Positions 15,410-18,834 of a DNA stretch of 18,834 nt are shown one piece after another (positions within the stretch are counted from its first letter, which is position 1; each line of letters begins with the position of its first letter). The notes under the pieces are model-generated. The model was given only the letters and a program-made list of their open reading frames with translations. It did no database searches and was not told where the DNA came from. The stretch comes from Gemmatimonadota bacterium (GTDB taxonomy: Bacteria > Gemmatimonadota > Gemmatimonadetes > Longimicrobiales > RSA9). Where the stretch lies: NCBI GenBank assembly GCA_040905425.1, contig JBBDRO010000017.1, forward strand, positions 36,331 through 55,164, given 5' to 3'. The position numbers and the translations under genes are program-made.

Positions 15410-15439
15410 TGGACACCAACGGGCCTTGCCGGGTACTAT
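15410..15439 (+). promoter_or_regulatory. Putative sigma70-type promoter for dsbD
   Basis: TGGACA (15410-15415), 18-nt spacer, TACTAT (15434-15439): 5/6 match to both consensus hexamers, intergenic, in very GC-rich DNA. Confidence 0.5.
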
Positions 15440-15505
15440 CGCTGTCAGCGGTCGGAGCCGGTCCGGAGCGGGCCGGCCACTCCTCGATCCCGGAATGAAC
15501 TCTCG

Positions 15506-17836
15506 ATGAGCCAGCACGGGAAGCGCACCCCGGTGGGTATGCTAAGCGACGTCGCCTGGAAACTCCCGCGTCTGCTCCGCCCTGCGCGCTGCTTCCACTT
15601 CGCGGCGGCGGCGCTGGCCGTTGCGGCGCTCCCGTTGGTCGCGGCTGCCATCCCGCTGGCGGCTGGAGCGCTTCCGCTGGCCGCGCAGCAGGCGGACGAC
15701 CCCAACCCGCACAGTGATCTCGAGCTGGTGGCGGAGGTGGCGGCGGTCCAGCCCGGCCAGCCGTTCACGGTGGCGCTGCGCATGACCATGGACGAGGGCT
15801 GGCACACCTACTGGATCAACGCGGGTGATTCCGGCTTCCCCCTGGTCATCGACTGGCAACTCCCGGACGGCTTCAGCGCCGGCCCGCTGCAGTGGCCCAC
15901 CCCCGAGCGCATTCCCGTGCCGCCGCTGATGAGCTTCGGTTACGAGGACGAGCTCTTCCTGCTGGCCGAGATCACGCCGCCCGCGGCGCTGGCGCCGGGC
16001 ACCACCGTCCGGCTGGCGGGCCAGGCCGACTGGCTCGTATGCGCCGACGTCTGCATCCCCGACCAGGGCAGCGTGGCGCTGGAGCTGCCCGTGCGGGCTG
16101 GCGCTCCGGCGGACGGCCCGTTCGCGTCGAGCATCCGGGAAACGCGTGCGCGCGTGGCTGCCCCCGCCGCCGACTGGGCCGTGCGGGCGTGGAGCACGGA
16201 CGAGGGCTACGTGGTGGAGCTGGCGCCGCCCGGCGGCACGGACGCCCTGCCCGCACCCTACATCTTCCTGGACTCCATGCTGGTGGTGGAGCATGCCATG
16301 GCGCAGCGCGTGGTGGCGGCCAGCGGCGCGGTGCGCGTGGGCATGCCGCGCTCGGCGTTCGCGCTGGGCGAGCCGGCGCGGCTGAGCGGCATCGTGGTGG
16401 GGGACGCGGAGGCGGAGCACGAGGGCGGCTGGCGCTTCGACGTGCCGCTGCTTGCGGAGGCGCCGCTGGACGTGGCGGACGCCGATCCTTTCCAGGTGGC
16501 GGGCGCGCTCGAGACGGGCGGGATTCCGGCCGGCATGGCGGCCGCTTTCGGCGGCGATGTGGGTCAGGAGGTCACGGCGGGCGTGGCCGGCGCCGCCGGC
16601 GGACTGGGTCTCCTGCTGGCGCTGCTCTTCGCGTTCGCGGGTGGCGTCATCCTGAACCTCATGCCGTGCGTCTTCCCGGTCCTCGGCGTGAAGGTGCTGG
16701 GCTTCGTGGAGCAGGCGGGGCAGGATACGGCCCGCGCGCGCAATCACGGCCTGATCTTCGGCGCCGGGGTGGTGGTGGCCTTCTGGGTCCTGGCCGGGCT
16801 GCTGCTGGCGCTGCGCGCGGGTGGCGAGAGTCTGGGCTGGGGCTTCCAGTTGCAGTCACCCACCATCGTGGCGCTGCTGGCCATGCTGCTCTTCGGGCTG
16901 GGCCTCAGCCTGAGCGGCGTCTTCGACATCGGCCTGGGCCTGACGCGTCTGGGCGCCGCCGGCGCCGGCCGCGGCTACGGTGACTCCTTCCTGACCGGCG
17001 GGCTGGCGGTGCTGGTGGCCACGCCGTGCACGGCCCCCTTCATGGGCGCGGCGCTGGGCTTTGCCCTGGTGCAGCCGCCGCTGGTGGGCATGGCCGTCTT
17101 CACCGCGCTGGCCCTGGGGCTGGCCGCGCCCTACGTGGTGCTGGCCTCGGCACCGGGGCTGCTCCGGCGGCTGCCCCGGCCGGGCGCCTGGATGGAGACC
17201 TTCAAGCAGGTGCTGGCCTTTCCCCTCTACGCCACCGTGGTGTGGCTGGTCTGGGTCTTCGGCCAGCAGGTGGGGATGAACGCCGTGGCTGTGCTGCTCC
17301 TGGGGATGACGCTGCTGGCCTTCGCGGCGTGGCTGGCCGGGCGGGCCGGCACCGGGCGCACGGGCATGGCCCGGGTGGCCGCCCTCGTCCTGGCGCTGGC
17401 GGCGGCGGGCGTGTCGATCTGGGGCGCCCGCGCCCTGTCAGCCCCACCGCTGGCCGCGGCCACCGTGGGAGACTGGGAGCCGTGGTCGGAGGCGCGGGTG
17501 GCGGAGCTGCGCGCCGAGGGGCGGCCGGTGTTCGTGGACTTCACCGCGGCCTGGTGCCTGTCCTGCCAGGTGAACGAGCGGGTGGCGCTGAACAGTGACG
17601 CGGCGCGCCGCGCTTTCGCGGACGCCAACGTGGCGCTCGTCAAGGCGGACTGGACCTCCCGCAACGAGGAGATCGGCGCCGCGCTCGAGGGCTTCGGACG
17701 CAACGGCGTGCCGCTCTACGTCCTCTATCCGGCGGACCCGGCCGGCGCGCCCGAGATCCTGCCCGCCCTGCTCAGTCCCGGCATCGTGGTGCGGGCGGTG
17801 GAGCGGGCGGCGGCACGGGTGGCCGCGGGCGACTGA
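15506..17836 (+). CDS. dsbD: DsbD/ScsB-family transmembrane protein-disulfide reductase (N-terminal Ig-like domain, CcdA-like TM domain, C-terminal thioredoxin)
   Basis: Signal peptide; GWHTYWINAGDSG; WLVCADVCIP; NLMPCVFP and ATPCTAPF TM Cys pair; LPRPGAWM; VDFTAAWCLSCQVNE; GVPLY. Start uncertain (15506 or 15539; no strong RBS). Confidence 0.9.
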   Translation: MSQHGKRTPVGMLSDVAWKLPRLLRPARCFHFAAAALAVAALPLVAAAIPLAAGALPLAAQQADDPNPHSDLELVAEVAAVQPGQPFTVALRMTMDEGWHTYWINAGDSGFPLVIDWQLPDGFSAGPLQWPTPERIPVPPLMSFGYEDELFLLAEITPPAALAPGTTVRLAGQADWLVCADVCIPDQGSVALELPVRAGAPADGPFASSIRETRARVAAPAADWAVRAWSTDEGYVVELAPPGGTDALPAPYIFLDSMLVVEHAMAQRVVAASGAVRVGMPRSAFALGEPARLSGIVVGDAEAEHEGGWRFDVPLLAEAPLDVADADPFQVAGALETGGIPAGMAAAFGGDVGQEVTAGVAGAAGGLGLLLALLFAFAGGVILNLMPCVFPVLGVKVLGFVEQAGQDTARARNHGLIFGAGVVVAFWVLAGLLLALRAGGESLGWGFQLQSPTIVALLAMLLFGLGLSLSGVFDIGLGLTRLGAAGAGRGYGDSFLTGGLAVLVATPCTAPFMGAALGFALVQPPLVGMAVFTALALGLAAPYVVLASAPGLLRRLPRPGAWMETFKQVLAFPLYATVVWLVWVFGQQVGMNAVAVLLLGMTLLAFAAWLAGRAGTGRTGMARVAALVLALAAAGVSIWGARALSAPPLAAATVGDWEPWSEARVAELRAEGRPVFVDFTAAWCLSCQVNERVALNSDAARRAFADANVALVKADWTSRNEEIGAALEGFGRNGVPLYVLYPADPAGAPEILPALLSPGIVVRAVERAAARVAAGD
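15626..15688 (+). repeat. Three degenerate tandem 21-bp repeats in the DsbD signal peptide
   Basis: gcgctcccgttggtcgcggct / gccatcccgctggcggctgga / gcgcttccgctggccgcgcag = ALPLVAA / AIPLAAG / ALPLAAQ. Confidence 0.5.
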
Positions 17837-17884
17837 GGCCGCGGGCGCCACGGGACTCCGCCGCCGCTGCCACACCGCCCCCGC

Positions 17885-18373
17885 TTACTCGTCCAGCTCC
17901 GCCAACTCCGCACGCAGCCGCGGGTGCGCCCACCACAGGTAGCCGCCCATGGTTCCGGCCGCTGCCAGCACCGCCAGCGTCACCGACCCCCAGGACACCG
18001 CCCCCGCCACCGACGCGCCGAGCACGCCCAGGACCACCGTCACACCCACCAGACCCACGATCAGCGCCGCCAGCACCGCGTAGTACTGCCGGGGGTGCAG
18101 CTCGGTCTCGAAGAAGAGCCAGCTGGCCGCCATGCCGGCGGCCAGCGACACCAGAAGATGGACCCCGTTGAAGGCCACGACAGGCCCGAACTCCGCGCCC
18201 GGTTGGCCGATCCGGGAGGGGCCCAGCAGCTCAGCGCCCAGCCGTGCCGCCGTCTCCCACGGGGCCTGACCGGCCGCCATGTTCACGACCCCGTAGAGCA
18301 CCACCACGGTACCGTAGCCGATGAGTCCCGCCGTCAGTCCCTGAATCAGCGTCTCGCTCGTGCTCTTCTGCAT
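17885..18373 (-). CDS. Hypothetical integral membrane protein (~4 TM), 162 aa
   Basis: GGAGGGAGG RBS before the ATG; four hydrophobic segments; convergent with dsbD; no recognised family. Confidence 0.8.
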   Translation of the reverse strand: MQKSTSETLIQGLTAGLIGYGTVVVLYGVVNMAAGQAPWETAARLGAELLGPSRIGQPGAEFGPVVAFNGVHLLVSLAAGMAASWLFFETELHPRQYYAVLAALIVGLVGVTVVLGVLGASVAGAVSWGSVTLAVLAAAGTMGGYLWWAHPRLRAELAELDE

Positions 18374-18395
18374 GGTAGCCTCCCTCCGGAAGCAC

Positions 18396-18433
18396 AGACC
18401 GGCCGCCGCCGCGGGTGCGGCAACGACCGGTCT
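18396..18433 (-). other. 17-bp strand-specific RNA hairpin upstream of the membrane-protein gene
   Basis: Minus strand AGACCGGUCGUUGCCGC-ACCC-GCGGCGGCGGCCGGUCU: continuous stem whose three non-Watson-Crick pairs are all G-U. Confidence 0.55.
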
Positions 18434-18449
18434 CGTTCGGTACGGCGGT

Positions 18450-18474
18450 CCCGCGCCCCGGGGCGGGGCGCGGG
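18450..18474 (-). terminator. Perfect 11-bp inverted repeat just after the stop of the 18488 gene; possible terminator or stabilising hairpin
   Basis: CCCGCGCCCCG-GGG-CGGGGCGCGGG, 13 nt downstream of the stop codon; no U-tract on the minus strand. Confidence 0.45.
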
Positions 18475-18487
18475 TTGGATTCTGCTG

Positions 18488-18834
18488 CTACTTGCCCAGG
18501 ATGTTCTCCAGGTTCACGCCGGCCCGCACCGCCACTCCGTAGTCTGTCTTGACCTGACGGATGGAGGAGGTCAGCAGCGCCTCGAGCAGGAACGGGTTGT
18601 GGATGGCCGATCCCGGATAGAGCGCCAGCTCGTAGTTGAACGTGGCGCCCTCGGCCGTGGTGTAGACGCCGTCATCCGTGTTCCATGGCGAACCGGCGCC
18701 GCAGGAGTTGTTGCTGCGGCAGGTCTTCCAGTTCGGATTGATCTGCGTGAGCAGCCGGTCCAGTTCCTCGGCCAGGAACTCCAGCCGGTTCTCGGCCGTC
18801 AACTGGAGCGAGCGGGCCACGGCCTCGCTGCCAT
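18488..18834 (-). CDS. C-terminal part (start beyond the window) of a probable multiheme c-type cytochrome
   Basis: Frame is open to the window edge (GSEAVARSLQ...). GATFNYELALYPGSAIHNPFLLEALLTSSI resembles the C-terminal helical 'A.FNY...HNP....LL..SI' segment of cytochrome c552-like multiheme proteins. No CxxCH within the visible part, so the product call is tentative. Confidence 0.5.
   Translation of the reverse strand, partial: GSEAVARSLQLTAENRLEFLAEELDRLLTQINPNWKTCRSNNSCGAGSPWNTDDGVYTTAEGATFNYELALYPGSAIHNPFLLEALLTSSIRQVKTDYGVAVRAGVNLENILGK

Noticed and set aside
17821..17847. 11-bp direct repeat GGCCGCGGGCG around the dsbD stop
   Set aside because: All-GC and short, plausible by chance; no mobile element nearby.

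Overview
Very GC-rich bacterial DNA; the signal-peptide style and hypothetical genes suggest Gemmatimonadota (inference only). The window is dominated by a ~14.3-14.8 kb, almost fully translationally coupled + strand operon: korA-korB (two-subunit 2-oxoacid:ferredoxin oxidoreductase), a 329-aa ORF, rnfB, a giant 1701-aa pyruvate:ferredoxin oxidoreductase (PFOR), rnfC-D-G-E-A, a 49-aa TM/Cys peptide and possibly a 128-aa Cys-rich protein. The most striking signals are: (i) the 329-aa ORF aligns by eye, block by block, with the C-terminal TPP-binding half of the neighbouring PFOR but lacks all cofactor ligands (candidate pseudo-enzyme adaptor); (ii) the PFOR gene sits between rnfB and rnfC and ends in a coiled coil, an Ala/Pro linker and a tethered ferredoxin; (iii) RnfB has lost all four ligands of one terminal Fe-S cluster. 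Together these suggest a 2-oxoacid oxidoreductase-Rnf supercomplex; novelty cannot be confirmed without database searches. Flanks: a divergent partial Vgb-like secreted protein (left), and a DsbD-family reductase, a 4-TM membrane protein and the C-terminus of a probable multiheme cytochrome c (right). No RNA genes, mobile elements or CRISPR arrays were seen.
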